Origin: Selaginella moellendorffii
Lineage: Eukaryota > Plantae > Lycopodiophyta
Length of the DNA stretch: 64,000 nucleotides
Direction: 5' to 3'
Assembly (NCBI RefSeq): GCF_000143415.4
Contig: NW_003314413.1
Coordinates: forward strand, 186,001 to 250,000
Shown: piece after piece, positions 13,642 through 25,876 of the stretch
How positions within the stretch are numbered: the first letter of the stretch is position 1
How the letters are laid out: every line of letters starts with the position of its first letter
Made by a program: the position numbers and the translations under genes
Notes under the pieces: generated by a model
The model's database searches: none
Seen by the model: the letters and a program-made list of their open reading frames with translations, nothing else
What the model was told of the DNA's origin: nothing

Positions 13642-15396
13642 TTAGACAGCCGAGAGTAGCGCATAGGCGGCCGAGTCGTTGGGATCAACCGCGACAACGT
13701 TTCGTGCTACTGCCTCGGCTCGTCTCACATCCTTGTGAGTTTTACAAGCCGCTAGAAGCGTCATCCAGGAGACAAAGTCTGGGCAGTAAGGCATCGAATT
13801 CACAAGCTCCTCGGCAGCTTCTAGTTTTCCAGCCCTTCCGAGAAGATCGACCAGGCAAACGAAGTGATCCAGCTTGGGAGAAACTCCATACTCGGCGACC
13901 ATGGTGACGAAGTAGTGGACGCCATCGTCGAGGAGGCCGCCGTGGCTACAGCCGTTAAGAATGCTGACGAAGGCGACTGAGTTAGCAGGAAATCCCTCGC
14001 ATGTCATCGTCTGGAAAGTTTCCCGCGCTTGGCCGCTATGCCCGTTGTGGGCATATGCCGACACCATGGCAGTCCACGTCACGAGGTTCTCGCGTGGCGT
14101 GGCGGCTAGTACGGCCCTCGCCATGGCCAGGCTCCCGCACCGCCCGTACATGTGGATCGTGGCCGTTGATACCACCACGTCGCGATGGAAAGGCTCGTGT
14201 GCTGTGAGGGCATCGACGTTCTTGCCGGTAGCGAGGTCTGTGGCGCCCGCGCACGCGTCCAAGACGCTGATCACTGTCACGGCGTTTGGCTCCACTCCAT
14301 CCAGATCCATCCTTTGCAGGAGGCCAAAGGCTGGGCGCGATTGGCAGCACTGGGAATGCGCGGCCGCCATCGCGTTCCAGGTGATAGAGTTCCGATGTGG
14401 AGCGCGATCGAAGAGATTTTGAGCGGCATCGGCGTTCTTGGCCTCGCCATAGGCCCAGATCATCGTCGTCCAGGTCACAACATCGCGATCGGCATCGGGC
14501 ATCGCATCGAACAGGTTCTTGGCGTCGGTAATCCGGGCCTTCTGAGAATACGCAGCGATCATCGCGTTCCAGGATGCGACAGGCCGGGGGTGTCGTAATC
14601 TCATGTCGAAGATTTCTCGCGCTTGACCCAGCTCCCCGCATTGCGAGTGGACCTGGATCATCGCGGTCCAGGCGATTGGATCTTTGAACGGCATTCTCTG
14701 GAACACGATCTTGGCATCGTCAGGGCTGTGGCAGCGATGATACATATCCACCAGGCTCGTCCCAAGCTCCACTCCACAATCCAGGCGATTCTCGGTGATA
14801 ATCCTGTCCAGGCGGCGTCCTTCTTCCAGATCTTCAGCGTTTCCACACGCATCTAGCGCATTCACGAAGGTAATCTCGCTCGTCTTGCAGCCGTCGAGGC
14901 ACATCAATCGGAACAAACGCAAGGCCTGAATGTTGTCCCCGTTCTTGGCGTAGGTGGCGATCATCGCATTCCAGGACACAACGTCTCGTCGCGGCATCTG
15001 ATCGAAGAGGCTTCTAGCACTCTCCAAATCTCCTGCGCGAGAAAAGCCCGTAAGCATCGAATTCCAAGAGGTACAGTCCTTTTCTTTCATCGATTGGAAG
15101 AGTTCCATGGCTTCTTCCAGGTGCCCATTCTGGGAATATGCCGCGAGCAGGATGTTCCACGAGTAGACATTCCGGGAAGGAATGGCATCGAAGATTCTCC
15201 TGGCCGTAGCCACGTCGCCACACTTGCCGTACATCTCTATCAGCGAGTTTAGCAGCAGACGGTCGTGGCTATGCGCTGTTAGGACGATCTGGGCGTGAAT
15301 GTTGTGCGCCTGGACGAGATCCTTGCAGCTCTTGACGAGGCGGAGGTACGATCTGAGTTCCAATTGCTGGCGATCGCCCAGATAGGTGCGCTCCAT
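13642..15396 (-). CDS. PLS-class pentatricopeptide repeat protein ending within the E domain (intronless)
   Basis: Repeated (V/S)WNAMI..Y and FD.MP.RD motifs; HFVCLVDLLGRAG; E motif ending AAYALLSAV*; first ATG 15396. Confidence 0.9.
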   Translation of the reverse strand: MERTYLGDRQQLELRSYLRLVKSCKDLVQAHNIHAQIVLTAHSHDRLLLNSLIEMYGKCGDVATARRIFDAIPSRNVYSWNILLAAYSQNGHLEEAMELFQSMKEKDCTSWNSMLTGFSRAGDLESARSLFDQMPRRDVVSWNAMIATYAKNGDNIQALRLFRLMCLDGCKTSEITFVNALDACGNAEDLEEGRRLDRIITENRLDCGVELGTSLVDMYHRCHSPDDAKIVFQRMPFKDPIAWTAMIQVHSQCGELGQAREIFDMRLRHPRPVASWNAMIAAYSQKARITDAKNLFDAMPDADRDVVTWTTMIWAYGEAKNADAAQNLFDRAPHRNSITWNAMAAAHSQCCQSRPAFGLLQRMDLDGVEPNAVTVISVLDACAGATDLATGKNVDALTAHEPFHRDVVVSTATIHMYGRCGSLAMARAVLAATPRENLVTWTAMVSAYAHNGHSGQARETFQTMTCEGFPANSVAFVSILNGCSHGGLLDDGVHYFVTMVAEYGVSPKLDHFVCLVDLLGRAGKLEAAEELVNSMPYCPDFVSWMTLLAACKTHKDVRRAEAVARNVVAVDPNDSAAYALLSAV

Positions 15397-15639
15397 TGAT
15401 CGACAGCATATAGTGGCGATCAAAATCGACGGCCGAGATCCGCAAGACTGTTAGTTGCTGCCACGAGTCAAGTTGCGAGGGACAAAAAGGGGTTCTTGGG
15501 GTTGGGAGCTGGCGTCTGGAGCAGCAGCGATGGGGCGGCAGCAGCAAGAAGTGTGGCATTTTTTCAAACCAGTCCCAGGTGTGATCCAATCCTTCGACGC
15601 ATTGACGGCTTCCGCTATTGTTTGGTTTTGCTAGGAGGC

Positions 15640-16940
15640 ATGGCTGTGGCTGACATCGTTCAAAGGGATGTCACAAAAGTCACCGTCGTGGGAGTTGGAA
15701 ACGTGGGAATGGCTTGCGCTACATCCATTTTGTCGAAGGTTTTGTCTTGTTTCTTGTTTATTATTGTCTATCTCATCTGAGGTTTTACTGCACAGAGATT
15801 GTGCCGCTCGTTAGTTCTCATTGATGTTATGGGAGATAAGCTCAAGGGCGAGATGATGGATTTGCAGCATGCAGCAGCTTTCAATCCAAATGTTGACATT
15901 TGTGCGAGCACCGATTACGCGTAATTTTTTTTGGTAAGCACCAGTAGTTTTTCTGACGTTTTGCCTGGGCAGGAACACACGTAACTCTCAGATTTGCATC
16001 ATCACGGCCGGGGCGAAACAAAAGAGTCACGATGAATCTAGGCTTGCTCTGGTAAGCGAAGATATAGTAGAGATATTTGTAGTGACTATACAGCTTCCTA
16101 TTACAGGTCCAAAGCAATGTAGAGCTGCTGAGGAAGATCATTCCCGAACTGCTCAAGTACAGTCCTGACACGCTGCTATTGGTGGTCTCGAACCCCGTGG
16201 ACATCTTGACTTACGTCTCCTGGAAGATCTCGGGACTTCCTGCGAGCCGGGTGCTTGGTAAGTTGATGTGTCTTTTCATCTTCTAAGAGATTTTGATCCT
16301 GCAGGAAGTGGCACGAATCTGGACTCGTCGAGATTCAGGTTTCTGATATCCAGCCGTATGGATGTCAGCTCAAAGAACGTGCACGGCTACATCATAGGCG
16401 AGCACGGTGATAGCAGCGTCCCTGTTTGGTCGAGCGTCAACGTTGCGGGGGTGCCTCTTCTCAATTTTATTGAGAAAGAAGGACTTGAAAGCGAAGTTGA
16501 AAAGATCAACCAAGAGGTTAGAGTGTACCAGCAGGGATTTTCTTACTCTGTTTCATCTCGTCCGCTTGAAACAGGTGGTGAAGTCCGCTTACGAAATTAT
16601 CAAGTTCAAAGGCTACACGAACTGGGCTATTGGGGCATCCGTTGCGGACATCGTTCACAGCTTGATTCGGTACTGAATTGCCAACTCTTTCTTTTATGTC
16701 TTTGTGGCTGATGGGCTTTGTCGTCCTGCATCCAGAGATGAAAAGGCGATCCATCCGGTGTCAATCATAGCGAAAGGAAGGCATGGCATTGAGCACGATG
16801 TGTTCCTCAGCCTGCCGTGTGTTCTTGGGAGGAACGGCGTCCTTCATATCGTGGAACAGACTCTCACCGAGAACGAGGTTCTCAAACTCAAGGAGTCTGC
16901 TCAGTCACTCTGGGATGTCGTCAAGAATGCGGAGCTCTAG
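15640..16940 (+). CDS. LDH: L-lactate dehydrogenase, multi-exon
   Basis: GVGNVG Rossmann motif, [50 protein letters not shown]. Confidence 0.93.
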
Positions 16941-17044
16941 AGCTTATGCTGTGATTTCTTTGTCCTTTTTTCTTTTCGTTTTATGACAGCGGCTTGTCGT
17001 TACTGTGCATTTATTCTCTAGGGTTCTCCAAGGAGCTAGGAGCG

Positions 17045-17589
17045 ATGGCATGCGCCTTCTTCAATCCTGTAAGCTGGGTTCTTTCTGCTTCTTAAAGTTT
17101 GCTAACATTTCTTTTTTTCTTTTCCCCTACGCAGTGTGTGGCGACTGGTGCTAAGAATGTCTGCTACGCTCCAGCTACATCGTCTTCGCCGCTCAAGCTG
17201 GTATGCATGAAGCAGCCCATGGACGAAATACGAAAAATGTCTGATGGAGCCATTGAGGAGGCTCTGGAAGGCGTCAGGGAGAAGCTCTTGGCAATGCGTT
17301 CCTTGAAAGAGGGGGAGAGGCTGCATAAGCCACGGACGTATCGTCGTCTCCAAATCAGAGTAAGCTCGGTGGGAAGAGTCTCTATGGGTGCTGAGTGTCG
17401 ATTTGTGGACAGTTCTCTCGATTGATGGCTGTGAAAAGAGAACGAGATCTGGAGCGGGGCATCAGGCCGCTTGAGTCGAGAACGCTGCGGCGGGCTTTCC
17501 GGAGGAGCCTGCTCTTGGATTTGGACGTCGAGAACCCGGAAGAACAGTCACAGCAAGGCTCTCTCGAAGGTACATACTTCGATCAATAG
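17045..17589 (+). CDS. RPL29: Divergent plastid ribosomal protein uL29c-like (exons 17045-17068, 17135-17359, 17413-17589)
   Basis: Transit-like N-terminus, then EIRKMS..IEE..LL.MR..RLMAVKRERDLERGI..SR, resembling plastid L29 (RMLTVKREREIEEGI). Confidence 0.65.
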
Positions 17590-18499
17590 AAGCCTCGATG
17601 CTTAAGATGATTACGGTAGAAATATTTTTGATTTCCCATGGCGATGCTGTTGGAAGATAAGATCCTGGAACTTTGTTCCAGTTACCAACGAGGGAATGCT
17701 CGTAGATCCAGCAGTTGCCTTGGTCATCATGCTTTTTCCAAAGCATTTGGATTCGAGAGTTTATACAAGTTCTACTATATATGCGTTTTGTTTCAAGAGC
17801 TTTACTCTCTTCTTTAGGTGCGTTTCTCTTCCTCTGGCTTGAGGATGTTTTTCGTGGCCTTCGCAAAGACCTGCACAACCATGACCAGAAGTCTGTATTT
17901 TAGACATGAAACCCGATGCTGCTCGTCGTCGGTCTTGCAGTCCTGGCGCTCTTTGCAATCTACAGCGATTTGGTGGCGACGATGGCAGTGCCAGAGAACT
18001 TGGCAGCGGCACTACCACTGGCAAATGCTAACCAAGGTAAAACTTGTCTATAGGTGCTCGCTAATGCGCTCATGAATGATGAATGTGAAGTGGAAGGAGA
18101 CCGGATTGGACGTCTCTTTTCCTTGAGATAAGAGGAGGCTCTTTGTAGGTTCATCCATTCTTTTTACCAAAGACAATCCAGAAAACCATATCTTCAAGCA
18201 AAAGCAAAAGTTCAAGGTGGAGCTATGGCGGAAAAGACTTATCATGGAAAAGAATCGAAACTTTAGCTGCCTCCATTGCCAAAGACTTACACGTCGTGCA
18301 GTGAGCGAAAGCAATGCCTTCCTGCCACGATCCAACCCCGGCTTGCTGATAATCAGCGAGTCTTTCAGCACGTAATTCTTGAGGCTTCAGTCCTGTGAGC
18401 TCAAACTTTCTGGAGGGCCATCCCTGTCACTAATCAGGAACAAGGACTAAATCTCTAGAACACTTAGGGCAAGAATCTGTCCACCACTCTCGCGGGAGT

Positions 18500-19760
18500 G
18501 CGGCATTCCTCGAGAGTGTTCGCAATGAGCCTTGATCTCGCTTGCATTTTGCCCCGATCGACTAAAAGAAATCAGTTTCCATTAGTGCCAAGGTCAACGT
18601 AATTCCAAACCACTCGGGAATTCCCATGAACAGGATCCTGGCCCCCCGTTCCGGTAGGCGTGGATCATGGATGCAAATGAGGAGATTTCCCAGTGTGGAA
18701 CGCGATCAAAAACGGATTTTTTAGCTTCCATCGATCTGCTGCTTGAGCTCGAGGACATCAAAATGCTCCATCGCCGGGGCATTCCAGCTTTCACTTCTTC
18801 CTGGAGGCATGAAGCGCATGAAGAAGCAAAACTTTCGAGCATGGCATCGCTCGCTTGCGTGTCCAAGATCGGCATCTTCTCAAACACACTCTTGCTCTCC
18901 TTAAATTGCTCGCAGAGCATCACGGTCCAATTTCCCACGGAATTCTTTCGAACATTCTCCGGCTTCCACGAGGCCGTCAAAGACGGCCTTGGCGTCCTCC
19001 ACATCGCCGCCATAGTACGCCAGTGCCCGCCTCTATTGCGTTTTAAAAACGAGCGCATTGGTCAATGCGCCATGTCGTGAAACAAATCTAAAGCGACAAG
19101 ATGCTCCTTGCCGGCAAATGCTAACACCATAGCGTTAGATGCAATGGCGTCCGAATATAGACTCATGACTGGCATAGCTTTACAATTGTTTTTTAAAACC
19201 TGGAGAAAACCATACTCTATGTGTTGGCATAGGGAAGCACAAAAACCCTTTGTAGGCACCACATTACCATACATAATAGATAAACTCGTGATCTTCCTAT
19301 ATCAATGGAACTTACTACCAATTCTTCCAGTCTCGAGATGCCATGAAAATCAATGTTACAAATATATGCTGGACAGGAGCATCGATCTCTTTTTCCATAG
19401 AGCATCATCAGCGATCAATCCAATCGTGAGTTATGAAAGTTTCTGGATCATCGTCACGGCTCTCCGAGCTGGATTTAAAAACTATATGACGGGAAGCGAG
19501 CTTCTAAATATGATGATCATCATCCTTCTCACCGGTCGTGCTTGCCGAGCAAGGAGCAACGTTTCGTGGGTCCAGACATTGCAGAAAGATACACAGGAGA
19601 GGAGCACGTATTTCGTACTCCACTCCCGCGGGCGAAACGCCATTGTGGTGATGAGCTCCTCGGCAATTTCAAGGCGGCCGGATCGTCCGAGGATGTCCAC
19701 CATGCAGCAGGTGTTCTTTGAGAGTTTTGTGAGATGATCTCGCACTCCGCGCTGAACAGC
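18500..19760 (-). pseudogene. Fragmented PPR pseudogene(s)
   Basis: Broken frames with KSVFEKMP, KSVFDRVP..ASMIHAY, CCMVDILGRSGRLEIAEELI. Confidence 0.75.
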
Positions 19761-19927
19761 AGATGCGCGCTAGTTTGCTGTGTTTGTGCCTGATCTGCAA
19801 TAGGAGCTCTCGCAGCCAAGAAAAAGCAAACGATCTGTCATCCAATATCAATAGTAATAGTCCAACAAAAAATGATATTATTCTTTTTGCCATGGGCAAA
19901 CAATGTTATTGCTTGGAATCAGTAGGT

Positions 19928-20942
19928 CTAGAATGTCCTGGTAGAGTTTTGCTTTTGTTCCATTCTCCCGATCTCCACATCAGCCTTGCTTGTTGAGCGG
20001 GCATCACCTTCGACTTGTTGGGCAGGCTTGCGGTAGCAAAAGTACAAGATCATTTGGAAAATTCCTCCAGCCAGCCCCAGTGTATTTGGAATCTAAGAAT
20101 CCAAAATACTAAGATTAAGAATGCTATTAACAATCAAACTTACAATAATGTAGATATCCATAAGCAAAAAGGCATAGATGGTCCAGAAGGAGCTGTTGAT
20201 CAGCACCATGAGTGACAATAGAAAAGGCATGTATTCATTGCTTTTAGTTTTGATCACTAGCCACTGCAAAAGAAAGCACAAAGATCAACACCCAAAGATC
20301 CAAGGAAATCAATTTATCTCACCATAACCGATAGTGGTGCATAGTACATTCCAATGTTGAGAACCACGCATGAAATCCCAAGGATGGTAATCCTGGTGGC
20401 TTTACTGTGAACACCAAGGATCACTCCTGCGCCCAATGCAGCCGTGGCCACAATATCAAACACGAAGATGCCCAAAATCTTTCTCTGCGTAATAGAACCA
20501 AAGATCATCAATGACTATTTCATCCGGAAGAAAGAAAAAACCCCAAAAAAAGGAGAGATATTTCCTTGGCTCACCCGAGCAGCCCAGGACGAAGCATAGT
20601 AGAGGAAGAGGAGAATGTAGACCGTCTGGATGACGATCCCGGAGCTATTGATGGTCATCACCAGGACGTTGCCCTTGTTGACGGGGAGGCCGTACAGGAC
20701 CCAAAGCAAGCAATTAAGCAGGGTGGTGACATAGGGTATCCCAGAGAAGTCGAGGGTGGATTTCTTCTTCCTGATCGTGTTGAAAGTTTTCCTGGGGGTG
20801 ATTGATTCGATTAGCACCACAAAAGAGATCAGCATGCATGCAGGTGATAATCTGATTGAAAAAGTCCTCACGCTGGTACGAGGAACAAAACGAGTGCGGC
20901 AATGTTGCCGCAAATCCCAATGATCGTATCGGCTACACCCAT
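19928..20942 (-). CDS. SWEET: SWEET sugar transporter (two MtN3 repeats), multi-exon
   Basis: GICGNIAALVLFLVP, KKKSTLDFSGIPYVTTLLNCLLWVLYG, MYYAPL, KTKSNEYMPF, IPNTLG; stop at 19928-19930. Confidence 0.92.
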
Positions 20943-21083
20943 TGCGCGAGGACGAAGAAGAAAAGAAGAAGAACGAGTAATTCACGGGGCACAGTGCTAG
21001 CACAATTAAGAAAGCTGGAGTTCCAGTTTTTGTAGCCTGGAAATAATCTTATCCACAGAATAAAATGGCGCTAATGGCATGCA

Positions 21084-21116
21084 GCGGAATATCCCACCCG
21101 AGCGGAATATCCACCG
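21084..21116. promoter_or_regulatory. Duplicated GCGGAATATCC motif, two P1BS-like (GNATATNC) sites
   Basis: gaatatcc at 21087-21094 and 21105-21112 in the 280-bp divergent SWEET/RRM interval; telo-box aaacccta nearby (~21144). Confidence 0.4.
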
Positions 21117-21222
21117 TGGGGTGCTTCCTTTTCTTTGCTTTGCAAACCCTAGGAAGGGCGCTGGATGCGGGAGGCGAGCGCGCTCCACAGGCATGGTTTT
21201 TTTAGGGCAGGCGTAGGGCGCG

Positions 21223-24131
21223 ATGGCGAGCGCTAGTGTGGAAGCGCAGGCACTGCAGCCGGAGGAGGCGCCGACCGCCCCTCCCACTTCTCCTCGTCCG
21301 CCTCTTGTTCCTCCGCCGCTGCCCGACGAGCAGGCGGACGATAGCAGGACGTTCCCGCTCGATGTCTCCAGCGCTGGGGCGGATCTCCTGCGCGGCACCG
21401 TCCAGACCAAGCTCTCGGAATTCATGGGGAGCTACACGGACGAAGTTCTTGCGGTATGTTTTGCCTCTGCTTCTTTTGCTCCGTTTGTTCATTGAGGGGA
21501 GGGAATGCAGGAGTATGTGGTGGTGCTGGTTGGGCATGGGAAGCAGCAAAAGCAAGCTACTGCGGACCTCGAGGCATTTCTCGGCGTTCAGAGCGAAGCG
21601 TTTGTGTCCTGGTAAGTTTCGTCTTCCTTTGTATTCCAGACCGGCGCAGTGGAAGTGAGAAGTTTTCCAGAAGTTTGTCGGGCTGTTTCCAGTTTTAAAA
21701 ATTCTCTTATTTTCTTGATTGTAGGCTTTGGGAGCACTTGACAGAAAATCTGCACGTTTACACCAAAGCAGGCGAGAAGAAGGCTGCAAACGATGCGCTA
21801 CCAAAGGTACATGGACTTGCTTTTGGTGAGTGTTTTTGACGTGCGTTGTTGCGTTTTCTAGGATACTCCGGAGGCTAAAGATAAAGGAGAGAATGAGAAG
21901 AAGGAGAATCCGACGCAAGAGAATGCAAAGGAGGAGAATCATGTGACAAAGCGGGAGCCGCAAGCCTTGCGTCAAGAGCTAAAGCGTTCCCGCTCTCCAG
22001 AGGGTTGGGCGAGAAGGAGACGAAGTCGAGCGGAAGATAAGCCTTCCGCTATCGAGAGAGTTTCTCCTCCTCCTGCTCCTCCTGCTCCTCCTGCTCCACG
22101 ATTGAAAGCTTCTCGGAGGCTACTTGAGTTCGCAGTCAGAGATGCCGTGGCTCCAGTTGGTGGCTCTAGAAGGGTGGCGGACGCAAACACAAAGCGGCTT
22201 AGATCTATTGTTGCAGGCTCGGCTGACCACGGTACGAAAATTCTGACCTTTTGTCTCTTGCCTTTTAGCTGACATGGTTTTCAAACGTAGAAAATGCGGG
22301 CGCTCCGTTGGACTCGAATGGCAAGCTGAAGGCACGGCCAGCTATAACAAAACCTGCAAAGAACTCGCCAGCCATGATGATAGCTCTGAAAGCTGCGGCT
22401 GCTGCTGCTGAGGACGTAAACAATAGGAAGGCGAGCAAGCCTGTTAGTCGATTTGCTGCGAGCATTTGGGATCGTCTTGGACACAAGAGTGATGAGGATG
22501 ATCAACCTGATCAAGACCTTGACGATGCTGACGAGATCACGGAAAAGATGGAATATGTGCATGTAGACAGCGCTCCACGGAATAGCAAGAGTGACCGACA
22601 CACGCGAAAGAGTAGAACGGCGGACAGGCTTGGCTTGGTAGAACGACGTACAGCGGATACTGCTATGCCGCCACCACCACCAGCATCACATGACGCTTAT
22701 GATCATGGGGAGCAGTTTGAGAGGCGGATTGAAGAGGTGCCTGAATCTCTGAACAAGAAAGAGCCTTCAAAACGACACACCTTGAGAAAGGAACGTCGCC
22801 AAAAGAAAGTGGAGGAGCCTCTGCAGTACAAGCGTGTGTTTCATACGGACGACGATACCAAGCACAAGGATATCTTACCATTGGAGAGAAGAACTAGTGT
22901 AGAACAGGAAAAGCTTGTGGATATACCCAACGGAAAGGGCCAAGATTTGCAGGTATACATCGTAGTATTTTTGTTTTTGTCTTGATAATCTACTCCTGTG
23001 TTTCCATTGTGCAGGATGTGACGGAGATGAAGAGGAGAATGCGGCAAGTGGAGCTTGAAGTAACTAAGTTGCGGACAAAGCAAGACGAAGCTGCCAAAGT
23101 TTCTGAAAAGTCCTCGGCACCACACCCTCCTGCGGCTACTACTAACATTCCTAGTGTTCCAGCTGCCACTACGTCTATGCAAACCGCACCTTTAACAAGT
23201 AAGTTACTCTGTTCCTTTCTTCTCTAGGAGCAGTCTCAAAATTTTAATTTCTCTTTTGCGAAACAGGTTTTAAAACGCCCCAGTCCTCATCAGATGATAC
23301 TGATTCCAAGGTTATTCTGGTGACCAACGTAAGCAGCTCGCTTTTCTCGTTTATAGAAGGGTTACCGTTTTTATCTGTTTCCAGGTGCACTTCGCGACCA
23401 CGAAGGAAGCTATTTCCACGCATTTTGGTTCCTGTGGCGAGGTTGTAAAGGTGACAATGCTAACGGATGGAGTATCCGGCAAACCCAAGGGGTGCGTGCA
23501 TTGTTTATATTTCTTTTTTCAACACCATCTGAAACGGTAACACTCACAGGTCTGCGTATGTGGAGTTTTCATCCAAGGACGCAGCCGACAGGGCCCTGTC
23601 TCTAAACGAGTCGAGTTTACTTTCGAGACCCATACGGGTAAGCCTTGTGTTTAAAATGGGAACTCGCTCCGTCATTGACACTTTTCCCCTTCTCAGGTAG
23701 CTCGAAAGGATGCTAACGTAGCAGAAACCAGTAGCCCAGCAGCAGCAGTCATGCGGCCTCGGCCACCAGTCCGAATGCCCATGAGAGCAGCGTTCCCGCG
23801 AGCAGCGTTTATGAGGGGGTCACCGTATATGATGAGGCCACCGCCCCGTCTGGTAAGGCCTCCTTACCCCGTAGGTGCTCCACATTTACAGTGGAAACGA
23901 GATGGTGGCGCCAGCCAAATGGGGCCGTCGAGCGCAGCAAAGAATGGCTTTCGGTCAAGCGTGGGGCCGATCAGACTGAAGCGGTCCCTTTCATATGTCC
24001 GGCCAGTGGTACCAGTGACACCGACGCCCCCTGAGGCAACAGCAGCGCCAGCGGCAGCAGCAGCTACAACGGCAGCGGCAGGAACAGCGGCAGCCTTGTC
24101 AACAAGTACAGAGACTCAGAAAGGAAGTTAA
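21223..24131 (+). CDS. RNA-binding protein with N-terminal PWI-like domain and C-terminal PABPN1-type RRM
   Basis: DEVLAEYVVVLV..DLEAFLG..FVSWLWEHL; RRM ILVTNVHF..KGSAYVEF; Pro/Arg-rich tail. Confidence 0.85.
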
Positions 24132-25876
24132 GGTGGAGAACGAAGTAAGAACAACAGGGAAAAAACGAAGAAGCGATGGAGGAGCTAAAGCTCTCTCTAT
24201 ATACTGGGTTTCACCTGAAGATGAAAAGGCTGCGAGTGTTCTACTGGAAGAGAAAAGTTTTGGCAGCATAGCTTTGCTCGGGAATGGGGGGAGGGGATGG
24301 ATCGAAGCTGTGGCGGTGTGATGGAAGGAGAGATTTCGGAGCTTGTTCCTACGGTGATTTGTATCGTCGGTGGTGATTTTTACGAAGGGAAAAGCAAGCC
24401 GGCAAGTTTTCTAGCTGTGGTGGTGGTGAAGATTTGTGGGAGGCATATATTTTGTTTGAGTGTTTCTTAGATGCTTTTTATTTAACTTAGCCTGGTTCTT
24501 TGATTTGTATGGTTGTGTCAAAGGATCTTCCAGCTATTGGGCGATCAATCAAAAAATTCTTATATACTCTTCTCCCCTCCTTTTTTTATTAGAATAGTGT
24601 TCTCTACCACTACTACTAACGTGACCATCATCACCTCCACCTGGAATTAAATGTTGGAAGAGCGGTCGTTATCGTCTCTAAGAATCATCGTGGAATGGAC
24701 GTGCCTCCCTGCGTGCCCGGATTAACTTAGTTCTATCACTAGACAAATCAAAAGAAGATCAAACTCAGAATTCTTACTCTAGCTTGCAAACTTAGAAATC
24801 AAACACAGCTGGTTTGATGATGCCCTTTGTTGCGTGAAAGATCAAACTATAGGAATGTGTATTGTACGGCGTAAAATAACTCGAGGGTGGCAAGTTTGTC
24901 AATATGTAGCCAGCAGTGGCATGTGGGGGCAGAGAGATTTTAGTTTGCGCAACGTCAAAACCGGACGGCGACGATTCGAATGATCCGGGCGGCATATTCG
25001 CCCGCCACCTTTTGCAGCATCTTTAACTTTTCTTTTGTAAGGCCGTCATGTGACCGCGCGCGAAACTTAAAACTTGAAAAATCGAAAAGGCTTTTACAAA
25101 CTCCCACATTTAAAGATGCGGTGGGGGGTGAGTGCTAGTCACGTTAAAATGCCCAGGTTTTTTTACCCGCGGCGCGCCACCACGCTTAACCCCCCCTTAA
25201 CCGGCGGCGCCGCCTGGCACCGGTGGCGCGATCGGCAGCGTCGGTTTTAAACCCAGCGGCTGCGATTGCGACACGCTGGCCACTGCTCAGCGGTCGTCTT
25301 TTTGGCGTCAGGATGGCGAGCTGGCGCCCACGATCTATGCGCTCACTCACAACAAAAAAATTCACCTACCTTTTTTTTTAAAATAAAAACTCAAAATAAA
25401 GGTAAAAAAAAAAGGGGACCCAACAATGGAAGAACATGGGAAGGATCATCCCAACCCCAAAAATGCCTGAAGCGGGCATTCAAATTTTTTAGGGGAGCGG
25501 AGCCTTAGAGCTGAGCTTTTCTTTGTTGCCATTTTCCGCCTCATACGAGAAAGGAAGCAGCAAGAACTCACTCTCTCACTCACACTCTCTCAATCTCTCC
25601 TCTTTGCTTCTCTCTTTCCTCTCCTCCTTTCGATTCGAGCGAGAGCTAAAGAACAACTTCCAGGAACTCTGGACGAGAAACCTTGTTTGGTTTGGAGGGT
25701 AGGATTGATTTAGATTGATCATATAAGGAGCGCCCACATTTCTATTTGGGCGATTGCGCGACCCATTTTGGTCCGCCCAGGTAAAGCCCAGCTCTTTTAT
25801 TTGTGTTCTTCGTGTTCTCCCCATCTTTTCTCTCGCATTCGCATGAATTTGTGATGACAAATCCATTGACGGGGCC

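Noticed and set aside
17700-18480. Short ORFs between L29 and the PPR remnant
   Set aside because: No coherent exon structure or recognisable motif.
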